Assembly: GCA_030141605.1 (NCBI GenBank) | Contig: JAQGDQ010000310.1 | Location: 124,001 to 188,000, forward strand | DNA length: 64,000 nucleotides | Reading direction: 5' to 3' | Source: Tubiluchus corallicola | Taxonomy: Eukaryota; Animalia; Priapulida | In this document: piece by piece, positions 1-13,000 of the stretch | Layout of the letters: each line of letters begins with the position of its first letter | Numbering within the stretch: the stretch's first letter is position 1 | Notes under the pieces: generated by a model | The model's database searches: none | Seen by the model: only the letters and a program-made list of their open reading frames with translations | What the model was told of the DNA's origin: nothing | Position numbers and translations under genes: made by a program

Positions 1-84
1 ATGATGTTTGAGGAAGATTAGCTTTTACGCGTGGAAAAAGCGAAGTATTGAAAAGAGTGCCAACTGCTTTGATCTTACTAAGTA

Positions 85-630
85 CCGTATTTTCCCATGT
101 ATAAGAGACCCTTGTGTATAAGAGACCCCTTCAATTTTTAGGCAAAAATTCTGGAAAAAAGTTTTTTGGTAATGAATAACTTTATTCATCATAGAAATCA
201 TTAAATTCCTCATCACTCTCATCAACCGCTTCATAGTCGAACGCGACACGCCTTGCTTAGGCTGACTCATCTCGTTGACCTCTGCCGACGTATCAATGAC
301 GTCGACGGGCATGCAGAGAGCTTATGCAGATACGTTGATTAGCTGCAGAACAATCGATTTCTCTCCAATACCAAAGAGACATTTAAAAAAATAATAACTT
401 ACCCGGTACATTAATTTTATCATTAGAATTTAGCAATGGAGAAGATTTATTGAAAGGAAACTATAATTATTCGAAATAAAACAGTTGTAGAGCACTTATT
501 TCTTTAAAATCATTAGTGTCACAATTTATGCATCTTATTGAAAAGACTTACTCCCATGTATAAGAGACCCCCTATTTTTAAAGTGAAAATTCTGAGCAAA
601 AAAGGGTCTCTTATACATGGGAAAATACGG
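85..630. mobile_element. Non-autonomous Tc1/mariner-superfamily MITE (Tc2-like CCGTA termini)
   Basis: Perfect 29-bp TIR CCGTATTTTCCCATGTATAAGAGACCCTT (85-113 and 602-630). TA flanks both sides. The TGTATAAGAGACCC motif recurs subterminally. No transposase ORF. Confidence 0.9.
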
Positions 631-929
631 TAATTACTGCAGGATCCGGTACATCATAAGCCTTGATCAAACTTACAATGAGGAGCTTCAGCAAGTTTGT
701 TATGCTATCTTTCCAAGGGAAGAAAATGTAATTTGTGTATTATTTGTTTGCTTATAAAACAGCATTTGTATCACTTTTGAAAGGGCAAACTTCTATTTCA
801 CTTGTGGATGTAATTTGACACATACGAGTAGTTTTTACATTTGCAGTTGTTTAGCTGTGTGTTAGCTTTACACACAGTATGTATTTCATCTAATGTTTTT
901 ATTATTTAAGCATTTAAATGTGTGCTTGC

Positions 930-1290
930 GTAGCAAAATCGTCCATAAGTTGACAGTTAAGTTTTCCTACTCATTCACAATTTCCATTTCATGAGGATCA
1001 TTTTGATACCAAGTTCATCACTCTATGTTATTTCTAAGCTAAAATAATCTACGTTGAAGTTGAGGTGCAGGCTGCACACTGAAAAACGTAACCTTGAGAA
1101 AATCACTGTTAAAGTTAGCCATTGTTTTTTGTTGCATTTCTACAAAACCCTTACCAACAAATATCGTACAACCGTACAAATATCGGACTTTGCAAGAGCA
1201 TGTTGAAGTTATGTTTAAATCCAGTCCATGGCTCTTCCTGACAAAGATCTGGACTTGACAACAGAAAAAAACACTTAGCAAAATGACAGC
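930..1290. repeat. Interspersed repeat, unclassified
   Basis: A diverged reverse-complement copy lies at about 32190-32475 (shared GGATCATTTTGATACCAAGTTCATC and GCAGGCTGCACACTGAAAAACGTAA). Confidence 0.7.
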
Positions 1291-1927
1291 TTCCAGGAAC
1301 TACTATCAGATTTAAAAATAGGAGTTTTTTACAATTGCAGTACTAGTTTCTAGACAGAAAAGTGGATAATGAGTTATAATGAAAGCTAAATTATTGTTTT
1401 TGAGCTATATTGCAATACACTGTAGTGTTGTTATTGTTATCTTTTGATTATTAGATAATGCTGAACATTATTCATTGTGTGTTAATACACTGTGCGGTAG
1501 TACAAGAAGTACAGTATATTGTGCGGTAGTACATTGTGCGGTAGTACAAGTAGCATATACGCATAATAAAACCTTTGAAAATGAGCTAACGAGACAAATG
1601 CCAAACGCTTAAAGTAATTTGCTTGACAAAACATGGCAAATTGGCATGAAAGAATCAAAACATTGCTGCGTGTGTACGTAAGTATTTTCACTGACTACTT
1701 TCAAATTTGTGTTTTAACACCCCGTTGTATTGTGTTTAATTTATTTAATTGAGTCGTGAGTCAGGCCGAATTTTGCATCTTAAAGTTTTGCTCACTACAT
1801 AATTCTTATTGCACGTTTTTAATGCACAAGATACGCGAAGAAAGCATGAGAAGCTTTGACAGTCACTGTAAGTTGCTGCTTAAAGAAGCATGAGAAGCTT
1901 TGACAGTCACTGTAAGTTGCTGCTTAC

Positions 1928-2462
1928 ATGAAAACCGGATGATTGTGTAAATACGAGTTCAGAATAAAGAATGCTCTAAAATATTGAAAACTACAATAGC
2001 TTTTTTAAAATCAACGCTTAGATTAAAGAATAATTACCTCGGATACTCAAATTTCGTTAAACTTTCAAAGCTATGCGCGGCTCGGTGAATCTACTAAGAT
2101 TGGCAGCGGTACCTTTTTGTCACATTCGCGTAGCCGACAAATAGAAGGCGGTACCGTGATAACCGTGATCATGAATTGCAGTGTTAGTTTCTGACATCAT
2201 ATGATGTAGAGCCCATTTTCGTGACATCACGCGTTTAAGCAGTAACACGCAAACATGCTTGGCGCGCAAGAGAAGACGCCATTGCACAAACTGTGGTTAG
2301 TTTCTGACATAGGCAACAGCTGTTTTCGTTTACCATTAATTAACTTTCCAAGCTAATTATTCAAATATGAGAAACAATTGCTAACTTTTATAGGCAAGAA
2401 AATGTATATTTTGGACAGTACATTAAAATGAGATTGAGCCTAAACAATCATCCGGTTTTCCT
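1928..2462. mobile_element. TTAA-targeting (Kolobok-like) non-autonomous DNA element, family A
   Basis: TIR GAAAACCGGATGATTG...CAATCATCCGGTTTTCCT followed by TTAA. Homologous copies at 18987-19532 (TTAA on both sides) and 63094-63452 (truncated). AG termini with TTAA suggest Kolobok. Confidence 0.75.
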
Positions 2463-3449
2463 TTAAGCATCTTTGAATTTCGAAAATATTGTTAATAAAT
2501 TCGTTAAATATTTTAGTGACAAATGTTTGTTTAATCTAATTATCATTGACAGTTATTTACCACAGGATGTACTAATTACAATATTAAAAAGCATGCACCA
2601 GTCGATATGAAATTGTGAATATTTAATATGGGTAATTGTCATTAGGTGGCAGCAAGCATCAGCGACAGTGGTGACTGTGATTTCAGTAATTGATGTTAAA
2701 CATATAAAGCATATAACGTACATAATAAACGTATGTTATTTTATGTAACAGGATAAAAGTCGATTCATTTTTATTATTTAAATAATTACGCACATTAATC
2801 TGGGCAGTTTAAGATTTTGGTCATTTGTGATCAAACATTTCTGGAAAATATTTATGCTGTATTTTTATTATATTGAGTGTTTCTAACATTTTATGCTGTG
2901 GCCTTAACAGTTTATATATATATATATATGGTACCGTATGTTGCCATATGCATTAGTTGCTACATTCAATAAAGTGTGATCGTTTGCTTAATTGTTATTT
3001 ATTAAATATATGGTTGTGTTTGCGAAAGCAAAAAGAATGTGTTAGTTGTTGATTTTTGCTGTCGACTATAGTATACCTGCACTATAATTATATCTTTTCT
3101 ATGATATCGTATACAGCTTTTCTGTAATAGAATTTTTGATGAATTTAATTGAAATCAAAGTGGTTGTATACGATTGCATTTAATTTTATCACAAATCGTT
3201 CACACTGTTTTGCCTAGACAAACGTAAACGACTGAATCGAATGGGCGCCTTAAATTGTAAATCTTTTCCATAAAACAGGTATTGGGTAAAATGGTCACAG
3301 TTCCTAGCCATCAAAGCTTTGACATGAGCTTAACCAATGCTTGTGAACTTTAAACTGATGTTCTGACACAATTATAAAAATGTAGAAGTGGAAAACATTA
3401 ATTTGATAGTCCAACGGTAAATTACACAACCTGCAAAAGTTTTAAAAGT

Positions 3450-4040
3450 ACCGCTATTTGGCGTCATATGATCAAAAGACTAGCCGCTACCGTGCGTGAA
3501 CGACACACCTTGCTGTATTCGGTCACGTGACACGTTCTCGTCTGCTGTATGGTCAATGACTCACAGTGTCAAACAAGTTGTCGTCGTGTTTGCAAGCGTA
3601 GTTGATTTGCTGTACCTACAGTTACACAGCCTTCAGACTGCTGTGTTTCGAAGGTTAACGTTGGTTCTTACGTGAAAGAAGTAGGCCTATCCCGTTAGTT
3701 TCACCTTCGTTTTGTATTCGTGTTATCTGAATGTGTGTCTACAAGAACGTGAAATTTAGCTGGACTTGAGACACCGTAGGGTCCCGTGTGATCGACATTC
3801 GTTCTAGATTACGTTTTAACTTTATTGGTGACTTTCGAATTATGTGAAGGCGTGTCCATTACATTCATTACGTTTTTTTTATTATATAACATTTGTGAAC
3901 GATAGGTTTGTGTATGAATTTACAGAATTTATTATGAGCTATTGACGAACTTTGAACTTTTGTACCAACTGCATGGACAGTCAGATTACTGACCAGTATA
4001 ACAGTCTTCAACATCTTATTGTTGGATTATTTAAAGTACC
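3450..4040 (+). promoter_or_regulatory. Putative paxillin promoter and 5' UTR
   Basis: CpG-enriched, non-repetitive segment before the ATG, with an extended E-box GTCACGTGAC (3522-3531) and an AP-1 site TGACTCA (3557-3563). The TSS cannot be placed from sequence alone. Confidence 0.45.
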
Positions 4041-4053
4041 ATGGAAGATCTAG
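4041..4053 (+). CDS. PXN: Paxillin exon 1 (MEDL plus the first base of D)
   Basis: Strong Kozak context ACCATGG and donor G|GTGAGA. Phase 1 joins exon 2 to give [13 protein letters not shown] (LD1). Confidence 0.85.
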
Positions 4054-7000
4054 GTGAGAATTTAACTCATTATTATATACAATCTATTGCTTTTAATTGC
4101 GTAGCGAGACTAAGCCGTGCATCTGTGATAGGAATTAATGATACCACTTACATAATAATATTATAATAATAAAATTCTTTATTGCTATTAGAATTACACA
4201 TCATTGAACTGTGAACTGCACATGTACAGTACTTGCTTTGTTAATCTCAATATATATATATATATATGTAGGCAGCTAGGCCACATCCTGGTACGAATTC
4301 CATTATTTTGAAACTGCATACTTAATTAGATGTATTTTTTACCTAGTATGCCAATGCATTTATATATAAGTCATAAGTCATTTATTTCACATTACACATT
4401 TACAATAGTTTCATATACAACATGTAGTGAAAAGGCCTACAATGAACATAATACAAATAAGCTTTTTATTGTTTCTGCACAAGAAAAGCCTCACACACTG
4501 TTCACCTATATACAAATGTAAATGTGTTGCGGGCAATCAAAAAGCAAGGCTTGTTAGATTGTCCCACACAGTGAAAGAAAAAAAAGTAATAAAAATAATC
4601 TGAAAATTTAAAGTGAATCGTATGATAAAAAAACATTTAGTGTTTTAAAGTGTAACAGTTAATATGATTTATGTATGTTACATCTACATAAATGTATGTA
4701 CATTACTGTATGTGTGCAGAGCAGGGTTAGAAGTATCAAATGTTTTCCAAAGGAAATACAATTCTAATAGGGAAGAGTCCCATGCTAGCCATTAACTCCT
4801 CACATTTGACCTCTCTGTTCTGGTCTGCGTAATGGCTATTCCATACGGAACTATTGTTTATGGCTGTAAATTATTAAGGAATATGAGTTGAGATCTATTA
4901 TACTGTACCTTTTATAAATTAAAATTGTTCGTGTAAAAAGTGTGCGCGACGATGGAATAATTATTAGATTCAAGTGAATTCTTACTTCTCACATTCTTAA
5001 ACATTACATTTGCAATATAACGTGGTATTATATATACATAATACTTTTATACTGTAGGCGCGATAAACCAAAAAAGATTCATAAGTTTATGTATGGTTCC
5101 GGGTAAGACCGTGCTGTTGTTGTTCGTACAGTAACTGTACCTACGCAAAGTACTGTTATATTTACTAGTAGTAATGTTAGTGCTAGTCAGGGCCTATTTC
5201 AGGGGGGGGGGAAGTGGGGACACTTCCCCGGGGCCTCACCCTCCAGGGGGGCCTCGTGCCAAGGTAACATTTTTTTGCTTTATGCGAACATACTGCCTCC
5301 TCTCTCTCTCCCTCCCTCTCTCTCTCTCTCTTGCCGCACGCGCGCCGTTTGCCAGTATTGACAAGTATTAAGGACTGGTCTTGAGAATAAAGCAGTTTTT
5401 CTTTCAATTGTTCTTTCCTTTAACAACTGTATAACTCCATATTTTCTCTTCGAAAATGCTTCTCCGGCGTTCTAGCAGTTCAAAAATTTTCTGGGCGCCA
5501 ACCATGGTAGCGCCCGGCCCCAGGCGCTTCGCCCCACTTCCCCGGGCTTCGCCTAGGCTGAAATAGGCCCTGGTGCTAGTACTGTACTTAATGTACTTTG
5601 TATGATTGTTGGTGTTGTCTCCTTCTGATTCATACGAAAAATATGCCGTTTTTAAACACTCGCTTTACATTTTCTCTTTGGCTTATGAATACTTTTGGTT
5701 CTGAATATTGTGCAGTTGGCGATTTTGATGTCTAATGAAACATCGTTTTGTAAGTTCCCCAAACTTTTGCATTTTGATCTATTATTAAAGGGCTGCACAG
5801 TTACTGTGGTGTCTAAGCCTGTAGACAAATTCCTTGTAATTTGAGTAGATTCGGGTCATCACAATCCCTACTTTTGGCTGCAGAAATTAGGTCTGGGCCA
5901 CTGTCAGACATCAAATAGCTGATTTGTCTTGACAAAGTCCCTGAACCGAAAATTTGATTCGTATGAATTATTTATCTGCAGCAATGAACATATAGTTAGC
6001 TATAATTTTGGACTAAACAAGATCATGAAAGACTTCAATGCGTGATGCTATTTGATATCTTGCACATCTAAGTATCTTCAAAAGACTTTAAAGTGTAAAA
6101 CCTGGCAACATTGATTGTTTGTTCGTTCTAGTAGTTTGCTTTGCTCTTATTAAATGTTAAAGAATCGATTTAAGAATCGCATAAATTCTTCTCGATTCGA
6201 ATTTCTAAAAATGCTCAATTCTTCCGATACCGAGCACTCGTTCCATCACAACTTTTCAGACCATGAACTTGTTAACAAGCGCATTTACAAAGACCTTGTG
6301 CCCGACAGGAGTCGTCCGTTCTGCATTTTCTGCAAATGCTGTAGCAGAGGTCTGCCAATTGTACACCAGAGAAATATTAATTATCTAATATTTTGTCGTC
6401 GTTACCACACTCAGTATTTATTCTATTTCGAGATAAAAGAAACACACGTGTGACTGTGTTTACAATGATAATAAATTCACATATTAATTCACAACAAACT
6501 CAACATTGCGCACGTGGCCCGCGCATTCTGTCCTAATAAAAATGCCGTTATAATTTTCAGAAATTCGCGAATCAAAATATTTTTGCAAGTCTGTTAGCAT
6601 TCTAACGTACGCGATGCACTCCGTGTTATGATTATTTTAATTTCTATTTGCTTTTGCACAGGCACATTGCACTGCCCGCTTAAAAGTGTAAATTTGGTTT
6701 GTTCGATGATCGATTTAGTTCAAGGTTTGGTAGTGTTAAATCTGGTCAGTGACTGTTGGGAAGACAGTTAGGCAGTTACGTGTACAGGGCCGTCCAGAAA
6801 AAAACATTCCTCCAAACCAAGGCGTGGCCCTGGTTGAGGCATTTGTGGTGGAGACTCATGACATTGTATATTTCGGTTTCTGTTCTCTCTAAAGAGCTGT
6901 AAATTTCCCCTATAAAGTGACGCTAGTAGTTTTTTCTACACGGTGTTCAGACAATGAGCAAAATGGACATTTTTGGACGATTTTTATCCGCCGTTCCTAG

Positions 7001-10000
7001 GGGGTCCTAGTGACACTGAGTAGGAGTCTTGGAGGGAAATTTAGAACTTTTTAGAAAGAGGAGACATGGTGTTGTTTTTAATAATGTAGGGGTTTTAAAA
7101 ATGCCTGTTCCAGCATGAAAGGAATTTTACCGAGTTAATATGACAGAACGTTTTTTTCTGTACGACCCTTGAGTTAATAACGGACAATATTCCAATTAGC
7201 TGTGCACATTAAGTGGACCCTTTACGCGTTTAACTCACCAGTGAATCATAGCATGCGCATGCGCGAACTCATTAGAAAATAACAAGCATGCTAGAGCGGA
7301 ATTACTGACAACAATGCCGGTTTTGAGTTGATCTCAAGACGGATCTTAACAATCTTAGTTAAATAACTTCAAGCAGGAACTGCCAATACTACTGAATGTT
7401 TTCTTTCACTGTATTTAGCAGTCCCAGGTTCAAGACACTTTGCAATTCTGTCATTAATTTTTCAGAAGCATTCACGAACTTGACCGAAAATATTCAAGGT
7501 CACCAACTTTCGGTAGGTTTGCTATTAAATGGGAGTGACAGTCTTGCTGAACATGAAAATGTTATTCTGATATTAACGTTATTGAACTTACGGAACGAAA
7601 CGGCAGGTTTTGCCATGACTAAGATTGTTAATATTGTGCAAAAATTTATCATAACTATTTGTACTAATTCTATTTGTAAATTATATATAATGTACGTAGC
7701 TTACCAAAGATTTATACTAATCTCGTAAATTGAGACAAATATTATTAAGTGTAATTTCACTATTATTTTTTGATGTTCCATCAGCTGTCCAGACGACTTT
7801 AAATAGGCTTGTGCGCTGCTTCATGGAAACTGTTTAAAGTGTTGGTATAATAATAAATACTTATTTAAACCAACCCGACCGAAATAAGACTAATAAAAAC
7901 TATGCTGCATAGACAAGTACTGAAATTTGCTGAGTCAGTTGGGCTATACTTGTAAAAGTGACTTGTAATGCGTGGTGGGCTAATGTTTTCGATACAGAAC
8001 TGGTGTCCAGCAAGCATTTTCGTTTTTTGCAGCTCTACCATTGTTATTTGTGTTCTTATGCTGCATAGACAAGTACTGAAATTTGCTGAGTCAGTTGGGC
8101 TACACTTGTAAAAGAGACATAATGCATGGTGGACTAATGTTTTGGATACAGAACTGTTGCCTATCAAGCATTTTTATTTTTTGCAGTTCTACCATTGCTA
8201 TTTGTGTTCTTATGCTGCAATATCAAATCGTCACATAACCGAGTAGTTGTTGTTTGTAAAGCTATTGCAAATAATTATTCAATATTTACATACGTAAAAT
8301 GTTCTTAAGCACCGATTGTATCAAAACTTGGTCGAATTTTGCAGTGTATTATTCGTTTAACGCCCGTGTTTGTTAAAATTTCATTGAACAGCATTACTCA
8401 AGTATACTAAAATCATTACACAAGACTCGCACTCCCGCTCCAAAATATTAGAGCAAATACGGTATTCCTTATTTGGGAGGGTCACGAGGGAGGCCCGGCG
8501 TCATCGCCTAGTTATTTATAGCCACTGTGTCAGTGTAACATTCGGGCAAATGCTAGATTAGTGTGTGTTGGTAGTGGTCCGCTCATTTTAGGATTATTTT
8601 CATACGCACAAAAGTGCTTTCAGGCTTCGGCTAAGTAGGGTGAGTATGATTGTGTTTTGAATGGATTAGCCGTGGAATTTTCCCGTATTGTTGATCCCGC
8701 TGATGGTTGCCGGACTGATTCGTGGTGTTTGGTGGTCTGTTCGGGACGATCGAGTGCCGGGAGATATTGAATCATGGCTGCCATGCATGCTGTACGCGGG
8801 GGCTTCGTGTTTAGTGGTGCATGTCACCAAGTGTATCATTGCAACAGTCCACGCCTGGTTGGCATCGCGACACGAGTTATGTGACGGTGATGCAGATATG
8901 ATAATACACAATTCAATTCAAAAGGTTTATTTATCTGTAATGTAATGTTTATAGCGCAAAACAACAAATTATGTATAGTCTCTAGAGATGGGGTGGCGAA
9001 AGACCAGGAGGTCATCGAGTCAGCCACCCCTATATAACTTAGCAATAGTATAAAGCACGGCAGACCACATGGTTAAGTGAATAAATACGTGGTTAGATCT
9101 TAAATGTAGCAAATAAACAAAATGCAATGCAGTTATATTATAATTTTGCCAATGGAAAAAAAGCAAGCAATTAATGCAGTTAAAACAACAACTGAACAAG
9201 ATGAAGTTAAGTCATGAATGCAACAACAAAAAAGCAAGCAATACGGTTAAATAATAAATGCAGCGAATGATAAAAGTCTAGTGTTGATGTTTTGTCGTAA
9301 ATATTATGTTCCTAGGAAAGCGATGAATACAACTATTGCAAATTACTCTATTGAATATGAGAGCACGCGGTGCACACCAGCCTTCGTTTAAATTCCTACT
9401 GTAAATTTAGATAGAAAATTACACCTATGTAATTATGCTTTTTAGTTTACACAGTCGTTTAGTTAGTCTTTGTAGTTGACATAGTTAAAATAAACGTCGA
9501 CGACAAATGTACATAAACTTAATTTAAAATTTTTAAATTAGGGTTACGTGTGCATACGTAGCCTTTGTAAAAGTTATGATAACAAGTCTGTCTAATCCGT
9601 ACACATTTTGTACTGACATGTATGATTATGCCTATAACATAACTTAACTTGCCTTAGAACTGGGAACTATTAGTACTTTTTGGATTTAGCATATTTAAAA
9701 GTACTTTAAACAGGGGTAAATTCTAATCAAGATGATAATTATCTTCGCACACATTTCGTGATGGTTAAAGGAAGACGGGATGATTTTTCATGTACTATAC
9801 CAAAGCAACCACTAGAAAGTGAAATTCAGCTGAAAAGATAACCCCATTTTCAAATCCAATAAAAAGTATACATTTTAACACAATTAATGCCGCAAAAGCG
9901 TTTCAAATAATTAAATAATAGATTGAAATCTTAATTAACGGTGAGTAATCACAACTATAGATGACATCACAAACTAACAATTTTCAACAGCAAAAATGTT

Positions 10001-13000
10001 CCGGGAGTGTGTTGCACGTGTTTGCGAAAGCGAAATTGAAGTACAGTGCTACTGTAAGACATTCAGTGTGTTGCACTAAAACTAGACAAGTTTTAAGATA
10101 AAAATTCAAATTTCATATTTACCACTGTGCTCACGCATGAGCTGTCGAATGCGTGTAATGCGTCACAAACTAACACACATGAATTAAAAGGTACAGCACC
10201 TGATTTTTGTGCAGTGCATTTCCGAAATGCAATTTTAACAGTAAATGTAATGATTTTCTTTGTAAATCGTAATCTTAAAAGTAAGAAGTCAAACAACATT
10301 TCGAATTTCAGACAATAATTAAAATCAATTGGTACAACACCACAAGCAAACAATAATTAATGAGAATGAGTGTAGAATATAGAGAAATACCATTAGCATC
10401 ATTTATTCATGTCTGACAGAGCGCTGAGCTGAAACTGATGTGTGAAGTATTGATGTTGGTTGAACTACAGATGTCCAGCTGCTATAGCCTATTGCTGGAT
10501 AGTGAGTACTAGCACATATATATTCTCGATTTAATTGAATAGATCGCGCTCAGAGCAATAAAGCCTTAACCAAATGGCTGTCATAATACGCTGTGTGTGC
10601 TGCTGTTAATGTGGGTAATAATAATATTCTTTACATCGTCGCTTAGGAATTCCTTTATGGTTCTGTCAGTCTGTCGTTCGCGTGAGGGTAATAGGTTTCA
10701 CAATGTCTGCGACTTTTAGTACTGGTGAATAGAGCTTTTAGTGACTCTGCTGTGTCTGGTGTATAACTGTTCCAAGATGGAATGGAACTTTGCAAAGCAG
10801 GAAAGGGTTTGGAGGAAAGAAAAAGGAGAGAAAGAGCGAGGGGCAGAAAGAGAAAGGAAGGAAAAAGAGGAAAGTTTGTATATGTGTGAGAGAGAGAGAA
10901 AGAAAAAGGGAGTGTAGTGAGAGGGAGAGGGGGAGAGAGAGAAAGAAAAAGCATGAGTGAGTGAGTGTGTGTGTGGGGAGAGAGAGAAACAAAGTGGGAG
11001 AGCGAGAGGGAAAGAGGAGAGTGAGAGAGAGAAACAGAGAGAGTGTGTGTGAGAGAGAGATGGAGATGGAGAGAGAGAGGGAAAGGGACAGACATAGGGA
11101 GAGAGAGACAGGATAGGAGAGGAGAGGAGAAAAGGGGGATTGAGGCAGAAACAGGCATTTCAGTCAGATCTAAATCATATAATTTCAATCTGAGGTCGAA
11201 TAAAGTTTCTCTACCCATATGTATACATTCACTTCTTTAAAAGAAAACTGGACTCAATCTTAAACTGTAGGTCAAGACAATGTACTCTTTAAAATATTCA
11301 AAGGGAACATACTATTTTTTCAAGAATATTACAGTGCAAACGCAATTTCGCACTCGCGCGGCTAGTTCTGCACTATTACGTTCATTTCGCCTTTTCGTTA
11401 GTTAAGCGCGCTGTAGTGCCTGCATTTCGGAAAGACGTTGCACGAAAAACAGGTGTGGTGCCGCTCATTTCAGAGGTGTTCGTTTGTGATGTAGTGCACA
11501 CGTTCGAGAATAGTGAATTTGAAAGTCGAATTTTCATCTTAAAATTGGCCGAGTTTTAGTTCAACACACTGAATCTCGCACAGTAGCACTGTACTTCATT
11601 CTTCGCTTTCACAAACACGTGCAACACGCTCGAGGAATGCTTGTGCTGTTGAAAATTATGTTCATTTGTGTTGTCATCAATAGTTGGGCTCGCCCGCCGT
11701 TAATTAATATTTTAATCTATTATTTAATTCTCAGAAATTGTGTTAAAATGTGTGCTTTTTACCGTACTTCAAAATGGGATTGTATTTGATAAGTCATCCT
11801 GTTTTTCTTTAACCATTTAGACCAAGAAATATTCACAGTTTGTTTTCCTTTACTATTCCTGTCATTCATGTACGTTATAAATGAGTTACTATGCAACTTC
11901 CTTATACACCCCATGACACGGATGGGCGAGACTTACGGCAGGAACTTCATTCTCCAGGAAGCGCTTCTAAACCGGAAGCGGGCCAAATACCTTGCATAAC
12001 ATTTAGCTAAGCACAGATTACGAATAAATTTGCAAACGCTTACACCTGTATTTATCCAGATAATGTTCTTATTGAACCAGTATTTCAGAAATTTTTGATT
12101 CTGAAAGTACCTGGCAGCTACCTGTATACATGTTATTTTGTAGTTTGTCATATCCCAAGGCCACATTTCTCCAAAGATTTGCCAAATAATTTTCAGTCAA
12201 AGCTAAAATTACAAACTGCAATTGAGGTTTGTTGTCATATCGATAAATGTCAGTCCATTTGATGACAAATTCTGTGTTGCAAACAGCGAGAGAAATAGAC
12301 AGATGGACAGACAGGTGGACAGTGAAACTTGTCAAACGCATGAGCAAACATTACGTTTTGTTTATCTCGTCTGGCATAGGTAATGTGTTCACGATTTTCT
12401 TCTATGATTGTTTGAACTAATGATTGATGCAGCAGTAATTGAACAAGAACACAGAGATCTTGACTTTGTGCACGAGTGCTCTTGAATGCAAGCTACTGCA
12501 AGGCTGTAACACATTACTGAATCATGTTTATTTTATGTCTGGCTGGGTGAATAAACTGTAGGTACTTACCGTCATGAAGCTTTACACATGGCTTGTGTTC
12601 TGACGTTACAGTTAGCAACTGTTATCGGGTGCGTGCTAATACAAGAATGCGAAATCTTGGAAAATACATTTTTGTAATCAGAAATGCTTAAAATTTGCAG
12701 TAGGAGTCAATGAGATTTTCGTTGGCTTTGAGTCCATGACCAGGGGTGTATAAACCAATGGGCTAATTAGGGTATAGCCTAGTGCACCAAAGTTTGAGGG
12801 GCTTTACATTTTAGAAAAAAATATGTTCAGAAAAAGGGCACATTTTATGACACGCCACAGGCATTTACTGAGCACAGCTTTTATATTAGTGCCACATAAT
12901 GAACAGGTGCAAGGTATTACACAATAAGCAGTTATGCAGCCTGCTTCAATATAAGCGCTATGCAAATAAGTACATGTAATTAATAATGACACATAGAAAC

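Noticed and set aside
25-312. 95-aa ORF as a transposase remnant
   Set aside because: It crosses the MITE terminus and shows no DDE or HTH motif.
10655-11240. 187-aa Leu/Ser-rich ORF and overlapping ORFs
   Set aside because: They are translations of a (GA)n low-complexity tract.
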